A stretch of DNA of 64,000 bases, taken from positions 303,736 to 367,735 of the forward strand of contig CAZIVL010000001.1 of the NCBI GenBank assembly GCA_964543035.1, written 5' to 3'. Source of the stretch: an uncultured Gammaproteobacteria bacterium (GTDB lineage Bacteria; Patescibacteriota; Microgenomatia; CAZETR01; Amesbacteraceae). A program made the translations under genes and the position numbers. The notes below the pieces were generated by a model. The model saw only the letters and a program-made list of their open reading frames with translations. It was not told the origin of the DNA and did not search any database. Numbering within the stretch: the first letter of the stretch is position 1; each line of letters begins with the position of its first letter. Shown in pieces: positions 10,257-19,766 of the stretch.

Positions 10257-11530
10257 TAGGCGCTGGTTTTACGGGTCTTGCTGCGGCCTACTCTCTTTCA
10301 AAAATGGGGGTCAAGGTCACCGTATTTGAAAAAGAAAAAAATCCTGGTGGATTGGCAGTTGGCTTTAAGGATCCTAAGTGGGAGTGGACCATAGAGCAGC
10401 ATTATCATCACTGGTTTGTATCTGATCTGGCTATCCAAAAGCTTGCAGCAGAAATTGGTCATCAGGTAACTTTTGTCAGACCAAAGACATCCACATGGTT
10501 TGCGGGTCAAATTGCTCAGCTTGACTCTCCGATTAGCCTTTTGACTTTCAAAGCACTTCCTCTTATCGACAGGTTAAGGACATGCATTGGACTTGCTGCC
10601 ATGAGATTTAACCCCTTTTGGAAAATGTTTGAGTTTGCAACAGCCGAAAGATACATAAAGACCATTATGGGTCAAGCTTCGTGGGACGTGCTCTGGGGGC
10701 CATTGTTTGTTGGCAAATTCTCGTTTCATTACCCCAGGATTTCAGCAACTTGGTTCTGGGCTCGGATTTTCAAGCGTAGCTCATCTTTGGGTTATCCCAA
10801 AGGTGGGTTTCAGGCTTTGGCCGAGGCAGTAGAAAAGGCGGCGATAGACAATGGTGCCAAATTTGTTTACGATTGTGAAGTAGAAAACTTAAGCTCAGAC
10901 AAATCCGGAAAAGTAACTATATCTACAAAGACACAGACACTAACTTTTGATAAAGCGATCTTCACTCTTCCAACGTTTCTATTCCTAAAGATTGCTTCTT
11001 CACTTCCTGATGATTACAAAAAAAAGTATCAGAGTTTGTCAGGAATTGGGGCAGTAAATTTAGTAATAGCTCTAAAGAAACAGTTTTTAACCGACGGGAC
11101 TTATTGGCTGAATATCAATGATCGAAGTATGCCCTATCTGGCCATAGTAGAACACACTAATTTTATGTCCCCCAAGGGGTATGGGGAGGACCATCTCCTC
11201 TATGTTGGCAACTATTTGGCACCAGACCACGAATATTTCAAAAAAACCAGCAATGAATTAGTAAATGAGTTTTTGCCTCACTTAAAAAAAATTAACCCCA
11301 ATTTTGAAAAATCATGGATTAGGAAGGCCTGGGTATTTAAGGCTCCGTTTGCCCAGCCAATAGTTACCTCAAATTATTCCAAAAGCATTCCTCCCTTGAC
11401 CACCCCATTAAAAAATGTGTACTTAGCCAACATTCAACAGGTTTATCCATATGACCGTGGGACAACTTATGCCGTAGAATTAGGTGAGAAGGCTGCCCTG
11501 CTATGTACAACAAAATCAAATCACTCTTAG
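10241..11530 (+). CDS. FAD-dependent oxidoreductase (amine oxidase/protoporphyrinogen-oxidase-like family common in glycan loci)
   Basis: IIGAGFTGL, EKE..GGL, YHHWF, LGYPKGGF, YPYDRG. Confidence 0.85.
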   Translation: MEVAIIGAGFTGLAAAYSLSKMGVKVTVFEKEKNPGGLAVGFKDPKWEWTIEQHYHHWFVSDLAIQKLAAEIGHQVTFVRPKTSTWFAGQIAQLDSPISLLTFKALPLIDRLRTCIGLAAMRFNPFWKMFEFATAERYIKTIMGQASWDVLWGPLFVGKFSFHYPRISATWFWARIFKRSSSLGYPKGGFQALAEAVEKAAIDNGAKFVYDCEVENLSSDKSGKVTISTKTQTLTFDKAIFTLPTFLFLKIASSLPDDYKKKYQSLSGIGAVNLVIALKKQFLTDGTYWLNINDRSMPYLAIVEHTNFMSPKGYGEDHLLYVGNYLAPDHEYFKKTSNELVNEFLPHLKKINPNFEKSWIRKAWVFKAPFAQPIVTSNYSKSIPPLTTPLKNVYLANIQQVYPYDRGTTYAVELGEKAALLCTTKSNHS

Positions 11531-12756
11531 AGACTAGCACTGTTCGACAGTCATCAATAACCACAATCTCGACCTTTGCTTCAGCAGCTCTCGGGGCTGT
11601 ATTTTACTTGATACTGGCCAGGCTCCTGGGAACTTCAGATTACGGACTATTCTCTCTCAGTCTGTCCATATTGGTCACCTCGGTAACGATTGCCGATGTG
11701 GGAATGGGTCAGGGGATCATTAGATTTATTGGCGAAAACCGAGATTCAGACAAATATCTTGGATATGCCAATTTTGCACTCAAGACGAAGCTCTTTCTTG
11801 CACTTGTCTGTTGGTTGGGTCTAACACTCTTTGCCTCTCCGATAGCGAGTTTGATTAGTCAGCCCAGTCTCGTTGACACCCTTCCAGTAGTGGGTTTCGG
11901 CACTTTTGCGTTTATCATGGCCTCTTACTCGTTCTCCATGTTGCAATCCTTACAGAAATTTTCTATTTGGGGGGGGCTTCAGGTAGGTTCAAACTTGATT
12001 CGGTTGTTCATACTCTGGACTATGTCTTTTCTAGTCCCCGTCGATACCCACTTGGCCATTTTAGTCTTCGGTTTCACTTCTCTTTTTAGCTTTTTGCTAT
12101 CTTGGTTTTGGCTAGACAAAAAAATCTGGATAGCCAGATCAAATACGACACATGCATTACATTTTTGGAATTTCAACAAATGGACTGCATCATTTAGTAT
12201 GTTGTCGTCAGTGGTATCACGCCTAGATATATTTCTTGCCAGTCGGTATCTTGATCTGTCTACCATAGGCTCATATTCATTGGCAGTTACTATGGTTTCG
12301 TTCATGCCGCAATTATCGGTGGCGATTGGTGCAGTCACTTCAGCAAAGCTTGCAAATAAGTCTGATCCGCGCGATGCAAAGAGATATCTTCGAAAGTCTA
12401 CTATTTTTTTGACACTGGTCAGTATTGGAGTTGCACTGCTTATGATACCCACAGCCCTTGTTGTGGTCCGGTTTGCAGGAACAGGATATTCAGCAGCGCT
12501 TCCACCATTTTTCGTGCTTCTTGTGTCCCAAATCATCTTCATGATGGGCAACCCCTTAAGAGACTATATCCTCTACTTCCTCAAAACTCCCAGAGTCTTT
12601 TTTTGGACTGCCATTGTTCAAGGTATTGTAGTGGTGGTTTCGGGCGTATTGCTAATCCCCAAGTTTGGTAACGTAGGGACAGCCCTTTCGGTTTTTGCCA
12701 GTCTACTAGCTCTAACTGGGTCATGTCTCTACTTTTTCTATCGTAAAAGCAAATGA
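11503..12756 (+). CDS. Oligosaccharide flippase (Wzx/MOP family)
   Basis: ARLLGTSDYG, DVGMG, about 12 TM. Confidence 0.85.
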   Translation: MYNKIKSLLETSTVRQSSITTISTFASAALGAVFYLILARLLGTSDYGLFSLSLSILVTSVTIADVGMGQGIIRFIGENRDSDKYLGYANFALKTKLFLALVCWLGLTLFASPIASLISQPSLVDTLPVVGFGTFAFIMASYSFSMLQSLQKFSIWGGLQVGSNLIRLFILWTMSFLVPVDTHLAILVFGFTSLFSFLLSWFWLDKKIWIARSNTTHALHFWNFNKWTASFSMLSSVVSRLDIFLASRYLDLSTIGSYSLAVTMVSFMPQLSVAIGAVTSAKLANKSDPRDAKRYLRKSTIFLTLVSIGVALLMIPTALVVVRFAGTGYSAALPPFFVLLVSQIIFMMGNPLRDYILYFLKTPRVFFWTAIVQGIVVVVSGVLLIPKFGNVGTALSVFASLLALTGSCLYFFYRKSK

Positions 12757-13577
12757 AAATAGTCGCCCATACAATAATAAAAAATGAACAAAACTGGATC
12801 TGGTATTCTCTCAATTCAGTTCTGGATTATGTAGATGAAATCATGGTCTGGGATACTGGATCCACTGACTCCACAATAGATATTGTCAAATCTATATCTA
12901 GTCCCAAAATAAAACTTCATCAAGTAAAGGATATTGACCCAAACTCATTTACCCAAGCTCGACAAAAAATGTTGGAGGCTACTCACGCCGATTGGCTAAT
13001 GGTTCTCGATGGGGACGAAGTTTGGCCTGATGATCAAATATCAAAGACTATCAAAAAAATTCGTTTCGAAATTTCCAATGTTGAATATTTAGTTCATCAC
13101 TATTTCAACCTTTTGGGTGATGTGTTTCACTACCAAGACGAGTCTGCTGGAAGATATCAGATTCAAGGACGCATGGGCAATTTAACTATCAGATTTATAA
13201 ATCTGAAGCGAGTTCCCGGTCTGCATTTCGCAAAACCACACGGTCAGCAAGGTCTGCTTGATGCTGATGATGTCTTAATTCAGGACCGTACCCCTTTCGC
13301 AGGCAGCATGACTGACTTGTATTTTCTTCACATGACTCACCTAGCCAGGTCCCCTCAAGATGTTCAAACCATGAAAAGATCGTTTAAATTTAAATACGAA
13401 TTAGGGCACTTATTCCCTAGTGATTTTTCTTACCCTAAGCATTTTTTCACCCCCCACAATACATTTATACCCAGCCCGTGGAAGAAAAGAGACTTTTTAT
13501 ATTTTGGCCTTGCAGCTGTTCAAACCCCACTCAAATTGATAAAAAGAGCTCTAGTGGTGTCTCCTAGTGGGTACTAA
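12753..13577 (+). CDS. GT2 family glycosyltransferase
   Basis: IKNE, DTGSTD, LDGDE. Confidence 0.88.
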   Translation: MKIVAHTIIKNEQNWIWYSLNSVLDYVDEIMVWDTGSTDSTIDIVKSISSPKIKLHQVKDIDPNSFTQARQKMLEATHADWLMVLDGDEVWPDDQISKTIKKIRFEISNVEYLVHHYFNLLGDVFHYQDESAGRYQIQGRMGNLTIRFINLKRVPGLHFAKPHGQQGLLDADDVLIQDRTPFAGSMTDLYFLHMTHLARSPQDVQTMKRSFKFKYELGHLFPSDFSYPKHFFTPHNTFIPSPWKKRDFLYFGLAAVQTPLKLIKRALVVSPSGY

Positions 13578-15430
13578 TCCAAAAAATATTGCCTATACCA
13601 CAAGTCCAGCGTCAAAAGACTCCAGAGCTTTGGCCCATAATCGGATTTTATAGAGTGTGAGGACAGCATTCTCTGCACCTCATCAGTCCTAAACAACAGT
13701 CTGACAATTGACTTTTTAGATTTGATTTGAGCAGTCATATACGCATTGAGCTCTCCTGAGAACCACTTGTCCAGGGGTATCGAGAACCCCATCTTTTTTC
13801 TATAAAGATTTTCGTGAGGTACGACTGATTCCAACGCTTTTTTTAAAATATACTTATTCACACCGCCCTTTACTTTGAGGTTGTAAGGAATTTTTGATGT
13901 CAGCTCAATCATTTTGTGATCAGAAAATGGCGATCTGGCCTCCAGGCTGGCAGCCATGCTAGCAATATCGATCTTGGGAAGTTGGCTATCGGCCAAATAG
14001 ATAGATTCATCAGCAAAAATCAGACTATCTCGCACATCTCGGACTCCGGCCTCATCGCATTTATTTTTCCAGAAATCATAGGCACTACTGTCAGTAGCCA
14101 GCTCCATCATTCTTTTTCCATACAGGCTCAATTTTTCGGATCTAGTAAAATAACAGTTATATTCCAGATATCTGTCTCTTATATCTACTTTTTGTCTGTC
14201 CACAAATCTCTTACCCCGAGGCCATACTGAAGCCATCCATCCTACCGTCGAAAAAAGCGATGGAGCCCTTCCTAGTACATAGTCACGAGCCAATTTATTG
14301 TGTCTTAAATAACCACAAAAGCTTTCGTCGCTTCCATCTCCGTTCAAAACAACTTTTACGAATTTTCCCGCCAACTGACAAATCATATAAGAGATTACTG
14401 CGCTTCCATCGGCAAAGGGTTCTTCGTACTGTTTTACGATTTCTGGTAACAGCTCTATAGATTGGGGACTGACAACCAGTTCCAAGTGATCTGTACCAAA
14501 TTTGTTTGCAATTTGTTTCGCGTATTTTCTTTCGTCACTTCTTTCATCATTAAAACCTATTGTAAAAGTCCTGACTGCTTGATTTGAATTTTTTGCCATT
14601 AGTGCTACCACTGCACTGGAATCCACGCCTCCAGACAAAAAGGCTCCGACCGGTACATCAGATATCATTCTCAGTTTCACAGAATCTTCTAGTTCTTTCA
14701 GGATTCTCTCGCACCACTCTGTCTCAGATAGTTGCAACTTTTGATTAAAATCAGGTTGCCAATATTTATGTTTCTTAATTTCTCCGCTCTCCAGATCTAT
14801 TAGCATATAGGTAGCAGGTTCCAGCTTAAATATTTTTTCAAATCCGGTCATAGGTGAGGGACAATACCCAAATGTAAGATAGTAATGAATAGCCAGCCAG
14901 TCAGGACATCTCTTCACTTCTTTTTGTGACAAAATAGCTTTCAGTTCTGAAGCAAATAAAAATGTATTTTTGTCCCAATAGTATTTTAGGGGCTTCTTAC
15001 CCACTCGATCTCTTGCCAAAAAAACAATGTTTCTTTTTGTATCGTAAATCGCAAATGCAAACATTCCTCTTAAATACTTCAAACAATCAGTCCCATACTC
15101 GTTATACAATGCCAATATCACTTCTGTGTCAGATCTAGATTTAAACCTATACCCCTTTTTTATAAGTTTAAGAGCCTCTTCTTGAAAGTTGTATATCTCG
15201 CCGTTAAACACTATCCAATAATTATTTTTATAGCTCATTGGTTGATGACCTTTTTCACTCAGGTCCAGGATAGAGAGCCTCCGACTCACCAGCCCCACTC
15301 TTCGATTTCCTGACACAAATATCCCTTCATCATCCGGTCCACGGTGAGCTATTTTTCCCGCCATTTGTAACAAATTTTCTTTCAGTATCAAGTTATTTCC
15401 AAAGCTTATTTTTCCGGCAATTCCACACAT
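13574..15430 (-). CDS. asnB: Asparagine synthase (glutamine-hydrolysing)-like amidotransferase
   Basis: MCGIAG, HRGPD, NGEIYNF, LSGGVDSS, GDGSDE, LEARSPF, RKKMGF. Confidence 0.93.
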   Translation of the reverse strand: MCGIAGKISFGNNLILKENLLQMAGKIAHRGPDDEGIFVSGNRRVGLVSRRLSILDLSEKGHQPMSYKNNYWIVFNGEIYNFQEEALKLIKKGYRFKSRSDTEVILALYNEYGTDCLKYLRGMFAFAIYDTKRNIVFLARDRVGKKPLKYYWDKNTFLFASELKAILSQKEVKRCPDWLAIHYYLTFGYCPSPMTGFEKIFKLEPATYMLIDLESGEIKKHKYWQPDFNQKLQLSETEWCERILKELEDSVKLRMISDVPVGAFLSGGVDSSAVVALMAKNSNQAVRTFTIGFNDERSDERKYAKQIANKFGTDHLELVVSPQSIELLPEIVKQYEEPFADGSAVISYMICQLAGKFVKVVLNGDGSDESFCGYLRHNKLARDYVLGRAPSLFSTVGWMASVWPRGKRFVDRQKVDIRDRYLEYNCYFTRSEKLSLYGKRMMELATDSSAYDFWKNKCDEAGVRDVRDSLIFADESIYLADSQLPKIDIASMAASLEARSPFSDHKMIELTSKIPYNLKVKGGVNKYILKKALESVVPHENLYRKKMGFSIPLDKWFSGELNAYMTAQIKSKKSIVRLLFRTDEVQRMLSSHSIKSDYGPKLWSLLTLDLWYRQYFLD

Positions 15431-15471
15431 TGTGAGAGAGTATACACCAAGGCAAATTAGCTGTTAAAATT

Positions 15472-16170
15472 GTGAGCGTGACCGATCCAATAGGAGAACA
15501 GACTTTGTCAGTCATGTCTCAAGCAAGCCACTACAATTACTGGCTATTTTCTCAGGTCAGACCATTTTTATCTTCTCCCCTAGTAGAAGTCGGCGCAGGT
15601 ATTGGAAACTTTTTACCATTATTTACTGCATCGGGTCTACAGACAACCGCAGTAGATTACAACTCTGAATATTTGGCCAAAATAAAAAAAGAGTACGATG
15701 TCGACACTTGTCAGTTCGACCTCCAAAAAGTCTCAGTACCTCAAGTTCTTTACCAAAAGTTTAATTCGGCAGTTAGTCTAAATGTCTTGGAGCACATCCC
15801 AAATATTTCCCAAGCCATGAAAAATATTTATTCTATGCTCAAACCAGGTGGTACTGCAGTAATACTGGTCCCCAGTTTCAATCTTGCTTACAATAAGTTT
15901 GACAAGGGTCTGGGACATGTAAAGCGGTATTCAATACCCGAAATAAATAATCTGGCAAAAAAAGCGGGCTTTACTATCCAAAAATCATACTATATAAATC
16001 CGTTGGGCTTATTGGGATGGATTGTTTTTGGACTTGTGTCACCCAAAGACACATTTTCTGAAAACCCGGTCAAAATATTTGATTACATCTCCAGACCATT
16101 TTTATTTCTTGAAAGATTTATTCACCCCCCCGTTGGTATATCTCTCATCACTGTACTGAAAAAACTATGA
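15472..16170 (+). CDS. Class I SAM-dependent methyltransferase (true start possibly GTG 15478)
   Basis: EVGAGIG, NVLEHI, LKPGG, GHVKRY. Confidence 0.88.
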   Translation: MSVTDPIGEQTLSVMSQASHYNYWLFSQVRPFLSSPLVEVGAGIGNFLPLFTASGLQTTAVDYNSEYLAKIKKEYDVDTCQFDLQKVSVPQVLYQKFNSAVSLNVLEHIPNISQAMKNIYSMLKPGGTAVILVPSFNLAYNKFDKGLGHVKRYSIPEINNLAKKAGFTIQKSYYINPLGLLGWIVFGLVSPKDTFSENPVKIFDYISRPFLFLERFIHPPVGISLITVLKKL

Positions 16171-16871
16171 AAGTTTCCATAATTGTTCCGGTGTTTAATG
16201 AAGAAAAGACAATCGGAGAGATACTAAAGCGAATCAAAAAAGCCCCATTGCCTGCAAGATTTACCAAAGAAATTATCGTCATAGACGATGCCTCAAGTGA
16301 CTTTACTCCTAAGATTCTCAAAAAACAAAAAGAAATTACACTAGTTACACACCCAAAAAACAAAGGCAAAGGAGCGGCCATAAAGTCGGGAGTTGCGAAA
16401 GCCAAGGGCGACATTATCCTTGTTCAGGATGCAGATCTCGAATATTCTCCCAGTGATTACAAAAAATTACTTATCCCCTTTTATAACTCCGATTGTCAGG
16501 CTGTTTTTGGCACCCGGCTTATTCATTACCCTTTGGTCTTTTTTGGGCCAAACAAGACCCCCATGCCTATTCACCTGTTAGCAAATCGTGTTCTATCTAG
16601 ACTTACCAATCTCTTGTACGGGGGATCAGTATCAGACATGGAAACCTGTTTCAAGCTCATTAGAGCCAAGTTATTTAGGCAGCTGGACATTCAGGCAGAT
16701 AGATTTGATTTTGAGCCTGAAATAACCGCCAAGCTTCTAAAAAAACACATAAAAATTTACGAAATTCCGATCTCAGTCCGCCCTCGGTCATACAAAGAAG
16801 GAAAAAAGATCAGCTGGAAAGATGGCCTTCATGCCGTCTATACTTTATTCAAATATCGTCTCTTACAATGA
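16167..16871 (+). CDS. GT2, polyprenol-phosphate glycosyltransferase (DPM1/GtrB-like)
   Basis: VPVFNEE, NKGKGAA, QDADLEY, DMETCFK, FEPEIT, EGKKI. Confidence 0.9.
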   Translation: MKVSIIVPVFNEEKTIGEILKRIKKAPLPARFTKEIIVIDDASSDFTPKILKKQKEITLVTHPKNKGKGAAIKSGVAKAKGDIILVQDADLEYSPSDYKKLLIPFYNSDCQAVFGTRLIHYPLVFFGPNKTPMPIHLLANRVLSRLTNLLYGGSVSDMETCFKLIRAKLFRQLDIQADRFDFEPEITAKLLKKHIKIYEIPISVRPRSYKEGKKISWKDGLHAVYTLFKYRLLQ

Positions 16872-17749
16872 AAAAAATCGCCATCTTGTCATATTTTTCC
16901 GGAAAGATGAACAGGGGAGTGGAGTCGTGGGCCGAAAGTGTAAAATCTCATGTGACGAGTTTTCAGTTTGACATCATTAGTGGAAATTTTGCTTACAATC
17001 CTTTCACTTGGTTTGGATATGACCTCATTATTTCTACGAATGGCCGCCTGCAAGTTTTCTTGTGTAGGTTGTTTACCTGGATAACGAAGAAAAAAATGGT
17101 TGTTTTTGGCCACTCAGGTCCAGGGGCAGACGACAAATGGAATTTGCTGTGTTCTCCAGACGTCTTTGTAAGCTTCACAAACGCACAATCGCAATGGGTA
17201 AATAGGTTCAAATATCCATGGACAAAATCAATTGTTATTTCTCACGCCGTTGATACAAAAGTCTTCACTCCAGGGAAAAAACCCAAGAATCCAACCATTC
17301 TTTGTGTTGCGGCAAACACTGCTTCAAAAAGGACTCACCTAATCAAGTCCGCCCATGACAGGCTTCCCGAAACAGATCTTTTACTAGTCGGTCCCGGCCA
17401 ACCCGAAGAATTCACTTTTGACCAAATGCCAGATGTCTACAAAAAGGCATCCTTATTTTGTTTTGTTCCAAAACCCCACGAAGCTTTCGGACTGGTTCTA
17501 CTAGAGGCTCTTTCTTCCAATTTGCCTGTGGTGACAATTGATGACGAGGTAAGAAGAGAGATCGTGGGCGAGGCTGGGTTGTATATTTCAGACCCAGAGA
17601 ATATTGAGGAGTTATCTCTCATAATTTCCAAGGCTATAGAAACAGAGTGGACCAATCGTCCGCGCAAACAGGCGGAAAAATTTTCCTGGGATGTTATTTC
17701 CAAAAGATATCACGATCTATGCAGAGAGCTTTGCTTATCTTTGTCATAA
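16868..17749 (+). CDS. GT4 family glycosyltransferase
   Basis: EAFGLVLLEA, KFSWD. Confidence 0.88.
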   Translation: MKKIAILSYFSGKMNRGVESWAESVKSHVTSFQFDIISGNFAYNPFTWFGYDLIISTNGRLQVFLCRLFTWITKKKMVVFGHSGPGADDKWNLLCSPDVFVSFTNAQSQWVNRFKYPWTKSIVISHAVDTKVFTPGKKPKNPTILCVAANTASKRTHLIKSAHDRLPETDLLLVGPGQPEEFTFDQMPDVYKKASLFCFVPKPHEAFGLVLLEALSSNLPVVTIDDEVRREIVGEAGLYISDPENIEELSLIISKAIETEWTNRPRKQAEKFSWDVISKRYHDLCRELCLSLS

Positions 17750-19005
17750 TTTCTCTTATTCCACTTTTCAAGCCAGGACTTTACACTAGCCACGATGGTG
17801 AAAATCATTTGGTCAGATTGGCCTACTTTCACAAATACTTATCAGAAGGTTATATCGTCCCAAAATGGATTTCTGAGTTAAATTCAGGCTTGGGATATCC
17901 AATATTTTATTTCATCAATCCTCTTCCATATTACTTGGGCAGTCTTCCCAAACTAGTTAGTTTTTCGACTATAGATTCACTAAAAATTGTCCTTTTTGTA
18001 TCTACGATTATTGGAGCTTTTGGTGTGTATTATTGGGTACTTGGACTCGTAAAGCATCGAAGTTTGGCATTCTTGGCAGCAGTAATTTATGTATTCACTC
18101 CCTACCGATTCGTCGATGTATTCGTCCGCCTTGCCTTATCTGAGATTGTTTTTCTAGCGGTGATTCCCTGGGCATTTTACAGAGCTACCCCGTACACCCT
18201 AAGTCTACTCATCCTATCTCATACCCAGCTTACTGTCCTATTTTTCCCCCTTCTATTTATTTACTCATATCTCAATCAGAGTGTATCTAGTTTTCTAAAA
18301 CATACTTTACTGGCACTAGGACTTACAGCCTTTTTCTGGCTGCCTTCGGTAGTTCTTATTTCTTACACCAAATTTGATTCACTAGTTCAGTTTCCACCCG
18401 CAAGCCACATGCCCACGCTTCGCCAACTCATCTACTCGCCTTGGGGATTCGGGTTTTCCCATCCAGGGCCAGCAGACGAAATGTCATTTCAGGTAGGTGT
18501 TGCAAACTGGCTATCTTTATTTTTGGGGTCAGTTATTGTTTTTGTAAAAAAGGACAAAATTCTGGGATTTTTTGTGTTGATTACCTGGATCACAATAATT
18601 TTTATGTTTACCAATTTTTTTGGTGTTTGGGATACCAGTTTCACACACTTTATCCAATTTCCTTGGCGTCTTTTAGCCATTCCTTTGATACTTACGCCTG
18701 TCATCGTGTCGCTCGCTCTTAGTTACTTGTCCTCGCGTAACATCGCCCTTGTTACAGTGTTTTTGATATTGGTGGCAATATATACAAATAGAAATCACAT
18801 TACGACAAACATGCCTCAATTTCTGTTAGTTCAGGACAAATATTTTTTCCAGGCCCACAAGACTACCACTGCCACTCCAGATGAACTCATGCCAAAGGGT
18901 ATATTTCCACAGAGTCACCCGGTTATAGCAATCTCCTACGGTATATCAAGCTTCAGTGTAGTATTAATGTTACTTATACATTTATGGAAAAAGAAAAACC
19001 AATAA
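17719..19005 (+). CDS. GT-C-type membrane protein (6-pyruvoyl-tetrahydropterin synthase-related family)
   Basis: HDGENH, GLGYPIFYF..PLPY, PYRFVDVFVR, IQFPWRLL; start moved to ATG 17719. Confidence 0.75.
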   Translation: MQRALLIFVIISLIPLFKPGLYTSHDGENHLVRLAYFHKYLSEGYIVPKWISELNSGLGYPIFYFINPLPYYLGSLPKLVSFSTIDSLKIVLFVSTIIGAFGVYYWVLGLVKHRSLAFLAAVIYVFTPYRFVDVFVRLALSEIVFLAVIPWAFYRATPYTLSLLILSHTQLTVLFFPLLFIYSYLNQSVSSFLKHTLLALGLTAFFWLPSVVLISYTKFDSLVQFPPASHMPTLRQLIYSPWGFGFSHPGPADEMSFQVGVANWLSLFLGSVIVFVKKDKILGFFVLITWITIIFMFTNFFGVWDTSFTHFIQFPWRLLAIPLILTPVIVSLALSYLSSRNIALVTVFLILVAIYTNRNHITTNMPQFLLVQDKYFFQAHKTTTATPDELMPKGIFPQSHPVIAISYGISSFSVVLMLLIHLWKKKNQ

Positions 19006-19766
19006 TTTCAGGAGTCGTAGTCACAAAAAACTGCTGCAAAGAGTTGCCAGACTGTTTGGCTAGCTTGCAAGGATTGGTCGACGAAATTGTGGTGGTGGAT
19101 CTGGGATCTTCAGACGATACTATCAGTGTGGCCAATCATTTTAAGGCCAGGGTACTCACTCATGAGCCAGTGCATTACGTCGAATTGATTCGTCAATACG
19201 CTATTTCACAAGCACGAGGTGAATGGGTAATGGTAATGGACCCCGATGAGCGTGTATCCCCCTCTCTGGCAAATAGGCTAAAGGACCTGATTCCCCAAAG
19301 TAAAATAGTTGCAGCAAACATTTCACGGAAAAATATCTTTTTTTCTCGCTGGGTAAGGCATACCAATTTTTGGCCGGACAGACAAATACGTTTTTTTAGA
19401 AAATCGTGTGTTAGTTGGAACACTCAAATTCATAGTTATCCTGAGGTCAAGGGTGAGATTCTAGATTTGCCTGCAACTGAAGACTTAGCCCTTATCCATT
19501 ATGGGTACGAAAGTTATGATGAGTTTTATGCTCGTCAAAATCGTTATTCCAGCGTAGAAGCAGAAAATCTAATTAAAAAAAGGGAGTCATTCAGTTATCT
19601 AAAACTATTTTGGAAACCCATGAGAGAAGTACTAGTACGTCTTATCAAACACGCGGGATTTTTGGATGGCTTCTTGGGTCTATCCTTAGTTTACTCACTA
19701 GCTATCTATCAATTATCGGTGCAAATAAAATTATGGGAAAAAACTCAAAAATTACACTTATCATAG
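18984..19766 (+). CDS. GT2 family glycosyltransferase (WaaE/KdtX-like)
   Basis: DLGSSDDT, MDPDER, WPDRQIR, NRYS, GFLDG. Confidence 0.88.
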   Translation: MEKEKPIISGVVVTKNCCKELPDCLASLQGLVDEIVVVDLGSSDDTISVANHFKARVLTHEPVHYVELIRQYAISQARGEWVMVMDPDERVSPSLANRLKDLIPQSKIVAANISRKNIFFSRWVRHTNFWPDRQIRFFRKSCVSWNTQIHSYPEVKGEILDLPATEDLALIHYGYESYDEFYARQNRYSSVEAENLIKKRESFSYLKLFWKPMREVLVRLIKHAGFLDGFLGLSLVYSLAIYQLSVQIKLWEKTQKLHLS

